Counted from the whole stretch's first letter, positions 36,841-49,474 are shown. The stretch: DNA of 61,749 nt, filler included, from Globobulimina sp. (GCA_003354225.1; 27 parts of 27 records of this genome joined end to end with filler, not necessarily neighbours in it), one strand, 5' to 3'. Notes: generated from the sequence alone by a model not told the origin. Made by a program: numbers and translations.

Positions 36841-36945
36841 ATTAAGAGACATGCAACAAGAATTGAACGAAATTATACTTCCATTTATCACTTGTAGTGT
36901 ATAAATATCACAGTTTGTTCAATGCTAACTATTGCTGTCCTTAAT
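36841..36945 (-). promoter_or_regulatory. Putative SECIS element
   Basis: Long 3'UTR hairpin with GUGA (36911-36908) opposite GGAA (36882-36879), ~10-bp upper helix and AUUGAAC/GUUCAAU lower helix. Confidence 0.7.
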
Positions 36946-36974
36946 AAGTATATTGATCATTGATAATATGATGA

Positions 36975-37763
36975 TTATTTTGCAATATCATGTAATATTT
37001 TGTGAATTTTATCCATTTCTGTGTGAGTATCAGTAAAATATGATGTTTTATATACAATTTGATTCTGATATAAAATAACGATTCTTTCTGGAATTGTATT
37101 AAATGATATTAATAAGTCATCATTCATACTATCCAATAAAAATAAAAATGAATCAAAGTTTAATATACATTTACTTTGCCATTGTTTGAGAGTAAATTTT
37201 AATGCATTTTGCCTGTCTTGAATAGTTTGATGCACTTTTAAAGTATGATATTGGTTATCAAATTTAAACCACTCTGTATTGCTTTTAAATGGATGTTCTT
37301 CTCTGTTATAAACCAATCCAAATTGTATCTTATCTCTGAATTTCAAATATTTGATATAAATATCATAATATTTTTCTAATGCGGTGATAAAAGGCGGTCA
37401 ACTGCAAGAACCGAAGTATAATATCGTATATTTATTTGAATCTATAGTATCGGAAAATAATTTCTTGGAAATATTGTTAACATTATCATTTTCCATTTGG
37501 TACACCATCAATGTTTGTGGGTAATACTCATTCACCAAATATTCATCAAATATACATCGTTTAAGTCGAATAATATTTTCTAAAATAATACCAACAAATG
37601 AAGAAAAATTTAATTCCAAATTGATATTTACGCCCATAAACGAACCATCTTTGATTTTTAATGCACCACAATTGTATATAATGAGTGGAATCAAAATAAT
37701 AAACTTGGTGATGATTTTATACACCACAGAAAATGCAAAAAAAGACCTTTGAATGAAAGTCAT
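36975..37763 (-). CDS. Iodothyronine deiodinase-like selenoprotein (UGA at 37400-37398 read as Sec)
   Basis: FGSCS-TGA-PPF continues in frame to LVYNREEHP; N-terminal hydrophobic helix. Confidence 0.9.
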
Positions 37764-37837
37764 ATCCGATATTACCTTAAATCAAAAAACTTTAAAGGTT
37801 TTCGAGCCTATAAATCCCAACAAGGCATTGAAAAAAA

Positions 37838-38855
37838 ATGCAAGAAAAATATGATTTCAAGAAAACGGACAATATCCGTGTGATAGCTAGATTTCGCCCA
37901 GCAAACGAAACCGAGAAACGAGAAGAAAAGATCCAAGGATTAGAGCCAAATGACCCTAAATTTCGTTCCATTCAGGAATGCGTCCTGAAAAATGCAGGTA
38001 ACGCTGTCGACCGCCAAGCCTTCAAAGCTGTGTTAGATCACATATTTCGAATGTCGGTCACGCAAAAGAAGATATTCGATTTAGTGGGCCGGCCTATGGT
38101 CCAGGCCGTGTTGGAGGGTTACAACGCGACCATATTCGCCTACGGCCAGACCGGCTCCGGCAAAACCTTCACCATGTTCGGCCCCGAAAAGCGTAAAACC
38201 GAATTGCATTTAGGTTTGGTGCAGCGATGTTGCACGTATTTATTCGACAAACTACGCAAATTAACGCAAGGCGTCTCGGCAGAAGTGGTGGAGTGGCAGG
38301 TCGGCGCCAGCTTCATTCAGATATACAAAGAGCATTTATCCGACTTATTAGAGCCTTCCTCGCGGGCCTTACGGATCCGCACCAACTTCCAAACCGACAC
38401 GCCCTACGTCGAAAACTTGAAAACTGTCTCTGTCAACAACATCGAAGACGTATTGATCCATCTCGGCATTGCCTTTAGTAATCGGATTGTGGCCTCACAT
38501 AAATTAAACTCCACTTCGTCGCGATCGCATATGTTGTTAATGCTCAATGTCGAACAAAAGGTATGCCCTCCATGCCATTGCCTGCGATTTATGCGATTTT
38601 GCGTACGCATTAATTCTATATAACAGACGCGAGATGGAGCTGTCAAGCGAAGTAAACTCAATTTTGGAGACCTGGCTGGCTCTGAGGATATCCGTAAAGC
38701 CCTTGGCAGCGATCCAGATCCCGAACGCATGAAAGAAGCCATTGCGATCAACAGCAGTTTGACTGCGTTGACCACGGCCATCCATAATCTCTCCAAAGGC
38801 CAACGACCTTCGTATCGATCCTCTGCACTCACGCATATGTTGCAAGACTCGTTGG
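37838..38855 (+). CDS. Kinesin motor protein, intron 38561-38626, 3' partial
   Basis: GQTGSGKT, NSTSSRSH, DLAGSE, INSSL. Confidence 0.95.
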
Positions 38856-38955
38856 NNNNNNNNNNNNNNNNNNNNNNNNNNNNNNNNNNNNNNNNNNNNT
38901 TAATTAATTAANNNNNNNNNNNNNNNNNNNNNNNNNNNNNNNNNNNNNNNNNNNN

Positions 38956-41054
38956 CACTCGCCAAACAGATCAAAATCTGTTCGATCCAAATACGTTCGA
39001 TTGGAGCACCCAAACCGATGTGGGAAACCGAAGGCATTCCGGTAGTAATGACCGAATCGGAACAGAGAGCAAAAAGAGCAGCCGACAGGCACGCAGCACG
39101 AGAGAAAGCAGATAGAGAAGCTCGAGCCAAAGCAGCGCAGGACGCTTTGGATAAAGAGGAGGAAGAGGCCAAGCAGGCGATGACGATTAAAAACGGGCCA
39201 ACGCAGAAAAGGAGGAACAAGACATAAGGATGAAGACGAGAAGAATCGCAGATGAAAAGAGGCGAAAAAAAAGAGAGAAGGAAGACGCCGATCGCGAAGA
39301 AGCCCGAAAGAAGCAAGATGAAAAACGCGAACAAAAGCGAAGGAAAGATGAAGAGAGAAGAAAGAAAGAAGCGGCAGAGGCTGATGAAAGGCGCAGACAC
39401 AAAGGCAGCATCGACACAGAAACGATGTACGAGCTCATCATGGTCAGCACCGAGAGCCCAAAGGGTATGATGGAGAAAGCAACAGAAATGATGGAGGTAA
39501 AAGTTAAGTAAACTCCAACAAATAACAATCAAACATAAAATTTGCATGTCCGAAATTGCTGACGAATTGAACAGTACCAGAAACGAAAAAGAAAAAGAAA
39601 AAGAAGGATCGAAGAACTGTCGGACACATCGTCCAGCGACGAAGCGGGATTCGTGGACACATTCATCAAAGAGGGGGTACACGACCCATATAAAGCGATG
39701 AAAAAGAAATTTCCCGGAGATACGAGTGGATTGGCCATCATCAGGGCATTACGAACCGACAATTCGCAGCAGATGCAAACGATGATCACGATGCTACTCA
39801 ATCTATCGGCATCGGTGAACTCCGACATCGACTCAACATTCAATAAGAAAATGGTATTTGCGAAGGGATTGAGAGGGATAATATTGAAGACATTGGGCTG
39901 CCAAATCTTAAGAAGGAGAAAGTTTGCCGCCCAATCGCGAAACATAATGGATGATTGGAGCAAAAGCCCGAATTAGATCCATTGGAAACGCCGGAGATTG
40001 ACCACTTTAAAAAATTAAAGGATTTATTGGAGGACCATGCGAAAGATATCCTTTTTCGCAGTTATAAACTATACGCATACAAATCAACAATCAATCCTTG
40101 CACTCAGATCTCAAAAATAAACAGTTTTTCATACCCACTTAAATTTAAAAAACTTAGCACACCTTAAAACACAAAACAACACGACAGACAACAAAGTCGA
40201 CAAACGTAAACTATTATGGCCAATAATCGCCATAACAGAGCTCGGAGAATATCGTGATTACCTCATACACAACAGATTGTCAGCAGGAACAATCATCGCA
40301 TGGAATCTATCACAAAAACACTGGATGCAATGGAACAAAACCTACGGATATTGTCCCACCATAGCGACACAAGACAAATTATGCCTATATGGCTCCTATA
40401 GATTCAAAGTGCACGGAGTAAAGTCCGGAACAATCCGAACGGAATGCTATGGAATAAGAGATCTGTTCCTATCCACTTTGGACACAGTCATCAGAGTTGA
40501 CAGGAAAGCAATGCCAAGATTGCACGCGATGTTTGATGGAAGGAAAGTAGAATAATCACATCTGAAATGATAATGACATGGTTCAAAGCGCCAATCCTAG
40601 ACAACAAGATATACAATAACCAAATATATCGAGTAGGAATATCCATGTTACACAACACCATCAGAAGGAGTGATGAGCTCATCAGAAAAAACTTCACCAA
40701 AATTCAGTTGCAAAATATCGTTTTTGAAAACGGTACGTCAACCCCGAAACCCAGCGATCAAAGCGCCATTTTCATGTTCTCGTTTTCAAAGAAAAATCAA
40801 GCCGGAAACATACAATCCGCCCCATTATTCCATTGGTGCAAACACAACTTAGTATGTGCTCTCTGCGAAATCATCCGATTATACAAATTCAGACCCAAAG
40901 AATGGAATGATACGGATAATTTATTGATGTTAAAAGATAGATCAGTCTTAACATATCAAAAACTGAAAGCGAGATTTAAATTAATCTGTGAAGACCAAGG
41001 ATTGGACACCACTGAGCATCAATTGCATATGGAACACGCGGAGGAAGCAATTAT
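38956..41054 (+). mobile_element. Decayed tyrosine-recombinase element (DIRS/Ngaro/Crypton-like): broken coiled-coil ORF followed by YR at about 40240-41050
   Basis: SAM-like GTI..W..W..P...VKSGTIR..YGIR; catalytic RRSDEL, SKKNQ, VCAL, LTY; several stops and frameshifts. Confidence 0.7.
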
Positions 41055-41145
41055 GAACCGACAATTCGCAGCAGATGCAAACGATGATCACGATGCTACT
41101 CAATCTATCGGCATCGGTGAACTCCGACATCGACTCAACATTCAA
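41055..41145 (+). repeat. Exact 91-bp direct copy of 39753-39843 at the contig end
   Basis: GAACCGACAATTCGC...CTCAACATTCAA present twice. Confidence 0.95.
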
Positions 41146-41478
41146 NNNNNNNNNNNNNNNNNNNNNNNNNNNNNNNNNNNNNNNNNNNNTTAATTAATTA
41201 ANNNNNNNNNNNNNNNNNNNNNNNNNNNNNNNNNNNNNNNNNNNNTTAATTTTTCCCCTTAAAATTATGCCCGAGTTATATTTTGATAATATATTTGAAT
41301 ATAATATATATAATATATATAATATATACTTATTCACTTGACAGCTCCACAATTTCGTAAATATATGATTAGATAAAATATATATTTTAGTACTAATATG
41401 CGTACCTCTTATCGGGAACACTACTGTACCATATTTTAGTTCAATGTGAGTAATTAATACAAATATTTTATATACAGT

Positions 41479-42726
41479 GTCAAGATCTATACACCAACAT
41501 CAGACCCAACAACATCACCTTCCAATATCCCATCCATAGCGCCAACTTCAACACCAAGTTTTCCATCCATTGCGCCTTCATCGACCCCGACATGTGTTCC
41601 ATTTGCCCCACCTTCCAATTTTCCAACAGTAGCTCCCTCGCAATTCCCCACCACAAATCCAACCGATGCGCCGACAAAATCTCCAACAACAATACCTTCG
41701 ATTGCTCCCACATCACAACCAACCATATCTCCCACATTACGACCAACCATATCTCCCACATTACGACCAACAGCGGTGCCTACTTTAGTTCCATCATTAA
41801 TTCCAACAATAAATCCAAGCGTAATGCCAAGTTCAAGTCCAACAAAGCAACCAACACTGATTCCTACATTTATTCCATCCCCTTCACCAACAATATTACC
41901 AACAATATATCCCAGTATAATGCCGAGCTCATATCCCACTTTTATTCCATCACTAACTCCAACTACGAAAGAAACAGAAGAATCAATTTCCAAAATGGCA
42001 GGCGAGCACTCTGAAAATAGCAATTTATTCATTATTGGAACAGCGGTGGTATTGGTTCTTGTACTATTTATTGTAATATGTATTATGTGTTTGGTGGTGG
42101 TTAAATTAAAAAAGAAAAATGATAAACAACTCGTAGTACAAGAACATTTCGATGGTCACGATCAAACTGAGCTTGGGAATATAAATGCGATGAATGTTGA
42201 TGTTGGACATGAACAGAGGCGAACTGATATATTAGTTGCTAATGATAATGATAATGGGTCCGGACAAAGTCGAGATAGCAACTATGAGCAAATACGGAAT
42301 GGGAGTGATAAGAGTGACAGTGAACAATTGTTTGTTCCAATTATACAGAATGATGAAACAAAGAATGAGATTGAAGCGCATCTCAACAACAATTTAAATG
42401 AAGAAAATAAAACTAATCCATTTAAAACATGGTTTGAAGCAAAGATAAATATACCAAATTCAAAAAATATTTATTATCAATTGTTTGTTGATAACGGTTA
42501 TGAAACTGTTGAAATTGTTCAATTTTTGACTAGGAATAAATTACAAAATATGGGCATTACAAAGGCAGGGCATATTGATAAGATTATGATGGAAATTGAA
42601 GATTTGAAGAAAAGATCTGAAGTGGAGGGAAATGCGGTGAGTGAAGGAATAGATGGAAGTAATACTGGTACTGATAAACAGATTGAATTGCAAACATTAT
42701 TAAAATATAATGGTTTCGTAAATTAA
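41479..42726 (+). CDS. Mucin-like PT/PS-repeat single-pass membrane protein with C-terminal SAM domain (last exon)
   Basis: Many P[TS]xx tetrapeptide repeats, TM helix, YYQLFVDNGYET..LQNMGITKAGHIDKIM. Confidence 0.8.
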   Translation, partial: VKIYTPTSDPTTSPSNIPSIAPTSTPSFPSIAPSSTPTCVPFAPPSNFPTVAPSQFPTTNPTDAPTKSPTTIPSIAPTSQPTISPTLRPTISPTLRPTAVPTLVPSLIPTINPSVMPSSSPTKQPTLIPTFIPSPSPTILPTIYPSIMPSSYPTFIPSLTPTTKETEESISKMAGEHSENSNLFIIGTAVVLVLVLFIVICIMCLVVVKLKKKNDKQLVVQEHFDGHDQTELGNINAMNVDVGHEQRRTDILVANDNDNGSGQSRDSNYEQIRNGSDKSDSEQLFVPIIQNDETKNEIEAHLNNNLNEENKTNPFKTWFEAKINIPNSKNIYYQLFVDNGYETVEIVQFLTRNKLQNMGITKAGHIDKIMMEIEDLKKRSEVEGNAVSEGIDGSNTGTDKQIELQTLLKYNGFVN

Positions 42727-42976
42727 AATTAAATTTTATTCTAATGTTTTTTACTTTTGTTAAATATAATGATTGATTGTGTATTCACTATGTTATTTTC
42801 ACTATTGTATTTTTTCTTTTTTGTCGATTGAGTTAAATGCTTATAAATTTATACTACTTCTAATATAAGTTCCTATGGTCTTTAGATCCTGGCAAAATAA
42901 TAGCAACTGACTGATCGGACTTTGTCATTTTGTTGTGAACAAAAACAATTCTTTAAGCTGTTTTTCATAGCGAAAC

Positions 42977-43435
42977 ATGGACGATGCAACAGAAGAAAAT
43001 AAAACTGAATTGGATGAGTCATGGTATCCGACATCAACTGAAGAATTGCATGAATTATTAACATTTTATCGTAAGCAAACAATTGTATTTAAAAATGAAA
43101 GAAAAGAATATGAAAATATAGTGTCGTCATTAAAAATGAGCAATGAAGAAAAGCATAAATTTGAATGGGAATTACATCAGAAAAGCGAAACAAATGAAGA
43201 ATTAAAAAAACAATTATCTGATACCAATATTTTATTGTTTCAAGAGAAAAACGCAAACATTTCATTTGAATCCGACATTAAATCATTAAGTGCTCAGCTA
43301 AACGAATTAAAAAATGAAAAGTCACATTTATTACAATTATTACAATCAGCAAATATTAATATAAATGACCTGCCGGATCCCCACAAAGACGCAAACCCAA
43401 AACATAAGCGATGCAAAGCATGCAATCATCACCGC
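42977..43435 (+). CDS. CCDC77-like coiled-coil protein, 3' partial
   Basis: ELLTFYRKQ, HKFEWEL, LKKQLSD..LFQEK. Confidence 0.6.
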
Positions 43436-43535
43436 NNNNNNNNNNNNNNNNNNNNNNNNNNNNNNNNNNNNNNNNNNNNTTAATTAATTAANNNNNNNNN
43501 NNNNNNNNNNNNNNNNNNNNNNNNNNNNNNNNNNN

Positions 43536-44865
43536 TGCTCACAACAGCATCGTTACCGGCATGCACCGCCACATTGCTGTCACCGCCACTCAGTGCATTC
43601 AACTTATTCAATGCGTCGGCACTCAAAACGCCCACTTTCTTCTCCTCATCCTCCTCCTCCTCCGCCTCCGCCTCAATGCTGATGCTGTCCCGCTTCTTAT
43701 TGCTGAGCCGAAACAATTCTGCTTTTTGATTCTTCATCGCATTGTTGTAATATGCATGAATGTACATAATGGTTAGCAATGTCTCATAGTTTAATGACTT
43801 CAAAATGTCAAACAGCAAATTGCTCCTCGGCGATATCACCAATTCGCCCAACTTATCTTTCAAATTATGGACGCTCGCCGTCTGCTCAATGCGTAACGCC
43901 ACATTGGCCAATAATTTAATTACACGGTATGGGATATACAACAAATCCGTAATGATATTGTTCTGATTCTGCTCGTTTTTCATCAACTTATTGCTCCATA
44001 GCGGGAACGCAACGTTTCTGTGACGCCAATCGCTGAGCAACTGATAGTTTATGATCTCGTTAATCACGCGCTTGTTCCTCGTCGTGTGCTGTTTCAATAA
44101 GTCCCGGAAATAACTCTCCATTCGATCCAATGCGATCTCTGCAATGTTGCCGAGATTATGAATGGCCGCAGCCGAGGATTTGAAGCGGTTCTTTTCAAAG
44201 TAATTCTTGGCTTCGTTGATCTTTTCGATCCAAATTAAAAACGGACCGTTCCATTCATCATCGTTGAAATCCTGATTGTTGGCAGACTCATCCACCAAAC
44301 CGGAGGAGGCTTTCAATGTTTTCTTTTTGATGGACGCCAATGGCTCAGTGGTCAATTTGTGATATTCCATCACGCGATGCAGCTCATTCATGGTCTTATT
44401 TATGTTTTTTTCGGCTGTGGCCACTTGTGTGGTATCCCTGCGGATGGGATCCAACGTCGTTTGCAGTTTCTTCAATTTATCCTGCAAATTTTGCAACACT
44501 CCGTTCATTTTTAACGATAATTTCTGACATTGACACAGGGATTCATTGAAAAACTGCAATTTCTCGTGTTCTTGTTCTAATAATTGCTGTGCGTCTAATT
44601 CGCCGATACCGTCTACGTTGACTCCATCACTGTCGTCTGAATCATCGCTTTTATTGTCATGGGCCAATCGATGAAGCATTCCACTCTCAGAGTAATGGCT
44701 ATAGAAATTGGAGGAGGTTGTGCTTAGACGACGAGTGCCTGCTAATTTGCCACCTAAAATGGAGTCGCGTTGACCATTGGTGTTGATTTTCTCATCAAAC
44801 GCGTCCTCGTTTGAATCGTCTCCTCCTGCGGAGGATAGTGTTCCTGAACTATCTGAATCTGTCAT
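43536..44865 (-). CDS. EXO70: Exocyst subunit Exo70, 3' partial
   Basis: LDPIRRDT..AEKNINKTMNEL..VMEYH, AKNYFEKNRFKSS, ESYFRDLL. Confidence 0.75.
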
Positions 44866-44910
44866 TGCAAACTTGTGAAAACCTCCACTATTCAAAGTTA
44901 TTATTTCACA

Positions 44911-45403
44911 ATGCTTTCGTCACAATCACAGTGCAGACTGCCGTCCTTGTTCAAACAGTATGCTATTTTATTTATTATGGGTTGTGTCAGATGAGACTTA
45001 TTCAGCACTTTGCACTTAGTATAGATTTATCCGTGCTCATTCCAGTGGTGTCCGACCGCGCAGATCTTTCCTTTACATGCCAGTAAACAATGACAAGTTT
45101 GTGCACAAAGCAACAACATTAGATGTTGACACATTGGTATTTGATTTGGAAGACGCAATTGCTCCAAATCAAAAAAAAGAAGCCAGGCAATGTGCAATAG
45201 ACACATTGAATAATTATACATTTAATAAACGAACAGAAGTATCAATCCGAATAAATCCGGTTTCCTCCGGCTTAGCAGAGGATGATATTGCTGCCATTCT
45301 GTCTGCCAATATAATGCCAAATGCAATCTGTTTACCCAAAGTTCAAAAAGCAGATGAAATCTTTTCAAGACTCGGCAATGCGATATTTGTGTTGCGCAAC
45401 TGA
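44911..45403 (+). CDS. Citrate lyase beta-like (CitE/CLYBL) N-terminal half, intron 44958-45024, homology ends at about 45365
   Basis: RPRRSFLYMP, VFDLEDAIAP, IRINP, LPKV. Confidence 0.85.
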
Positions 45404-45825
45404 AAAAGTATGAGTCCAAATTACAAAATGAAGTGGAATATTTGCAAGTGGAATATGAGCGCATCAAATGGGGAAAACAGCCGATTGGATATCTCCAGCA
45501 AAATTATCAAAGTTTCCTCATCGGATCAGCACAAAATGCAAAATAAATACAACGCGGAATAAAAACAAGAACAACAATTTAGATTACAATCTGTCAAAAC
45601 ATAAGGTATCTTCTTTCCTATCATATGAATTTGTTGTGATATTTAATGATATTATAAATTGTGTTTGATTTAATTGATTCAACTCTTTATTCATTAAAAT
45701 ATATTCATTATAAATCCAACTACGANNNNNNNNNNNNNNNNNNNNNNNNNNNNNNNNNNNNNNNNNNNNTTAATTAATTAANNNNNNNNNNNNNNNNNNN
45801 NNNNNNNNNNNNNNNNNNNNNNNNN

Positions 45826-46438
45826 CGAAATGAAAAAATGCTACAAAGACATTGAAAATGAAGAAATCCGAAAGCATGAACAAAGAATGAGAATTTTATA
45901 TAGATTCAGATTACAGAGATTACAAAATACTTTAAAATGTAAAAATCGCTCAGTTTTGCAGAATAAGCCAATAATATTTATGCCAGAATTGGATGAACAT
46001 ATAAATCCATACAATCCGGCAATAAATAGGATGGAACAGTACATGCATGGCCATAACGTAACAATTGACCGGTTATCTGAACCAAAATTAAGATGCAGTG
46101 CGCAAACACCGCTATTTGCAGATTTTGATGTGCCGGAAATACGTAAAATTATTAAATCAATCAAAGATCTGAAAAATATACGATATCAATATCATTGGAG
46201 GTCATTTGTTCATCGAGATGATGCTGATGATAATATGTCGCAATGCACAGTAGATACAGTATCAACGTGTTCTGGTGTCTCAGATATTAAATTTATTCAA
46301 CGACCATCCCCGAGTATTTATTATGGCACAGTTCAACAAAAAAAGAACAATGGGAAAGAAAGAAAAGAATGTTTGGATCAACTCAATGAATTTGAAAATA
46401 AATTAAGTTATTTGACACGTACAGAAAAACAAAAATAA
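45826..46438 (+). CDS. Hypothetical protein, 5' partial
   Basis: 202-aa ORF open from the contig edge. Confidence 0.4.
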
Positions 46439-46637
46439 TTATATGCAAATTAAATATCATAATTTATATTGTTGCCATTTTAAACTTTATTGTAAACTTT
46501 GTTTTATTGTTTTATTGTAAACTTTATATCGTCAGAAACATGCCAAAATACAATCATTTCGGAAAACAAAATGAAGAAAACAAAAAACGAAATCGTTAAT
46601 TAAATATCAGATAAATATTGTGACAATATGCAATTTT

Positions 46638-46976
46638 CTAAGATGTGCTAATAAAGTTTCTAAGATGTGCTAATAACTCTGATTTAATATTTTCTGGAAC
46701 AGTTGATCGAGCAAAAGGCGTTATTTCTTCAATTAATTGTTGTACAGTAATTTTTTCCAATCCTTTATTTTGTATTATCTCTTTGCATTTTGTTTTTAAT
46801 TGGTCTCTCCAGCCACTTTCAATCAATCGAGTATGTAATAATTCCTTTAACTTTTCACGTTCTCCGGATTCCGTTAACTTATCATTTATTTGTGATCGAA
46901 TTTGTGTTGCTTTTATTGGTTGCTTATTATCCTTTGTTTTGTGTTCATTAACTCCTAATTCTAAAGCATTGCTCAT
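46638..46976 (-). CDS. ENY2: ENY2/Sus1 transcription and mRNA export factor
   Basis: ESGEREKLKELL..RLIESGWRDQLK..ITPFARSTVP. Confidence 0.95.
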   Translation of the reverse strand: MSNALELGVNEHKTKDNKQPIKATQIRSQINDKLTESGEREKLKELLHTRLIESGWRDQLKTKCKEIIQNKGLEKITVQQLIEEITPFARSTVPENIKSELLAHLRNFISTS

Positions 46977-47060
46977 TTTGCTTCACCTGAAGTAAACTTG
47001 TATTTCACAAACAAACTCACAAAAATCCCAAACCCATTTTTACCAGCAACAAACACAAAC

Positions 47061-48015
47061 ATGGAGGACTTCATTCCTATAGACGAAGGCGATGATGATC
47101 TAGTTCGATTACCAATCGATTGGACCACTTTGTATGTCTCCATCTCCATCCCATCATTTTAACACCAACTGATATTAACATACATTAATTAACCACAGAC
47201 CACGTAAATCAAACTTAACCTCTTTGGAAAAAGATGACTCGTCAGTTTAGTACAATTTGTTAATAAACCTATTTTATTTTATTTATTTATGCATTAGAAA
47301 CAAAGGTTGCTTCCATCCATGCCATGGAAAGATTGGAATGAATTTAAATATGTTTATTATAATTTATTTGATCATTTTTATAAAATAAATGGAGTGATAA
47401 ACAACGACAAAGAAACAGAAAAACACTTAAAATCAAAAGATGACTCATTAATAAATTTAAAACATAGTTATAATATAATTGAAATGTGGAGGACACGAAA
47501 CTTTAATAATTTACCAATCTGCGTCGATGTAACACAACAATTATTACATTCATTATACTTATTTGCCGCAAATAATGGGAATAATGAGATTTTACGACGT
47601 TTATTATCAATAAATATAAGTCGATTAACAAATCGTTTAATTGACCCCAAATATAATAAGCCGACCGCATATTGGGCCAAACAGATTTCATATCCCACCC
47701 AATTAATATCACTTCGACATAACATTATTCATGAAAATTTGCCATCAATTTGTACATTAAAACAACATTCAATGTTATTACTAAATTGGTTAATTACACA
47801 TTATTGGAAATATCACATCAATAAAATTGATAATATCTGTAATTCAAATTTAATTAAATTATTAGCATTAAAAAATAAACAAAATACTTTAACAAATAAA
47901 GATTGTGACGAAATTATGTATTATTTAGCACATAATTTATCCGATAATTACTTATCAAAAATGCAATATTTTATTCCACAGTTTATTGATAAATGTTTAA
48001 TTGAGATCTCTGGCT
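47061..48015 (+). CDS. LAS1: Las1 HEPN pre-rRNA endonuclease, two short 5' introns, 3' partial
   Basis: PWKDWNEF, WRTR..LP, LRHNIIHENLPS (RxxxxH), WLITHYW. Confidence 0.85.
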
Positions 48016-48115
48016 NNNNNNNNNNNNNNNNNNNNNNNNNNNNNNNNNNNNNNNNNNNNTTAATTAATTAANNNNNNNNNNNNNNNNNNNNNNNNNNNNN
48101 NNNNNNNNNNNNNNN

Positions 48116-48583
48116 AGAGTTCGACAACAAATTCTAATAAGGACAAACAAGAAGAAATGACAATTTGCGCTGGAGAATTTAGCATCGGTTTAGACCCTCA
48201 TATTCGGATTGCATTTCAAATAATTATCGTTTTTGGAAACATATTTTATGGAACTTTATTTTATAATAAATTATATCATATAATTAAGGGATTTGACAGT
48301 GATTCAATCGTTCAGTCATCAACGCCTCCACACCAATCCATATTGGAAATGGGTTTGATTAAAATATAAATTAATGAAAAAACAAACAAATTTAGTAATG
48401 GTTTCGATCACATCTACATTTCTTTTGTGGAGTATTGCAAATATTTTGCATTTTCATAATAAATATTATAAGGTATATTGCAAAATATGTTCAAAACAAA
48501 GCAGCACTGGGATCACTAGTTTAAATTTTGCAAAAGTTGTATCGTATGATGATGGTGGAAATATGACAAATAAAGTACTGTAA
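48116..48583 (+). pseudogene. Fragment of a 7TM-like family gene with frameshift at about 48367
   Basis: Resembles the C-halves of the 4587 and 22921 proteins; broken frame. Confidence 0.4.
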
Positions 48584-48692
48584 CTGTGGAAGAGAGGAAT
48601 GAGGAAGAAATCGAGTTAATGGCTATTGATCAATGACTTAATGGCCACACTTTTGAAGTGAAAATAAAATGTAACATTTCAAACAAAAAATA

Positions 48693-49474
48693 TTATAACA
48701 GATTTCCTTGCCATTCATTGACAAACGCTTTCATAAATAATTCCATAATTTGATGTTTTTTTTGTGCCATTTCCTTCCCAGTTTTTGTTTTCATCATATC
48801 CTTCAATAAAAGTAATTTGTCATAAAAATGTCCGATTGTAGTTTCGTTTGCTTTTTTATTCTCAATCCATTTATTAATTGTATCACCATATTTATTGTCC
48901 TGTAATGGATAATTAAATAATGACAAACATTTATTGCCACCGAAACAAAAAGTCCGTCCAATTCCGATGGCTCCGATTGCATCCAAACGATCTGCATCTT
49001 GCACGCAACCTAACTCTGGGTTTGATTTAATAAGCGATAAATATGCGGAATAACTATCTTTATTTTCATCATTTTTAATTTTTATTTCTTTACTAAATGA
49101 CATACAATCAATAATTAAATTTATTTTATTTTGTTTCTCCGAACTTATATTATATGCATCCAATAAATCTTTGATTTTATCATTATTATTTTTATTCTCA
49201 TTTTTATCAATATATTTATAATCATTTACATCGTGTAACAACGCTGTTAATTCAATTAATTCTAAATCTTTGATGCCTTCTTTGATCGCAATATGAAGGG
49301 CTAAATTCCGGACTCTTTCAACATGATAAAAATCATGTGATGCATCAAAGCTTTCCATGCATTGTTTGACTGTGCATATAAAAGTACAATTAGTATATTT
49401 CCGAAATTCCAAAATAAAATCAACAAAATAACCTAACCAATGGCTTCTAATTCTTTTCGCATATTTGGATCCAT
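48693..49474 (-). CDS. HD-domain phosphohydrolase (YedJ-like), one 5' intron
   Basis: DASHDFYHVERV, LLHDVND, VQDADRLDAIGAIGI, HFYDKL. Confidence 0.9.

Noticed and set aside
38900-39963. Hydrophobic minus-strand ORFs resembling membrane proteins
   Set aside because: Antisense shadows of the purine-rich E/K/R coding sequence; the same applies to 50967-51363
41480-42032. Antisense ORFs with VG repeats
   Set aside because: Shadows of the PT/PS repeat coding strand
46638-46976. TREX-2 gene cluster (ENY2 with PCID2 at 20630-21708)
   Set aside because: The genes are on different contigs; their co-occurrence in the window results from length sorting
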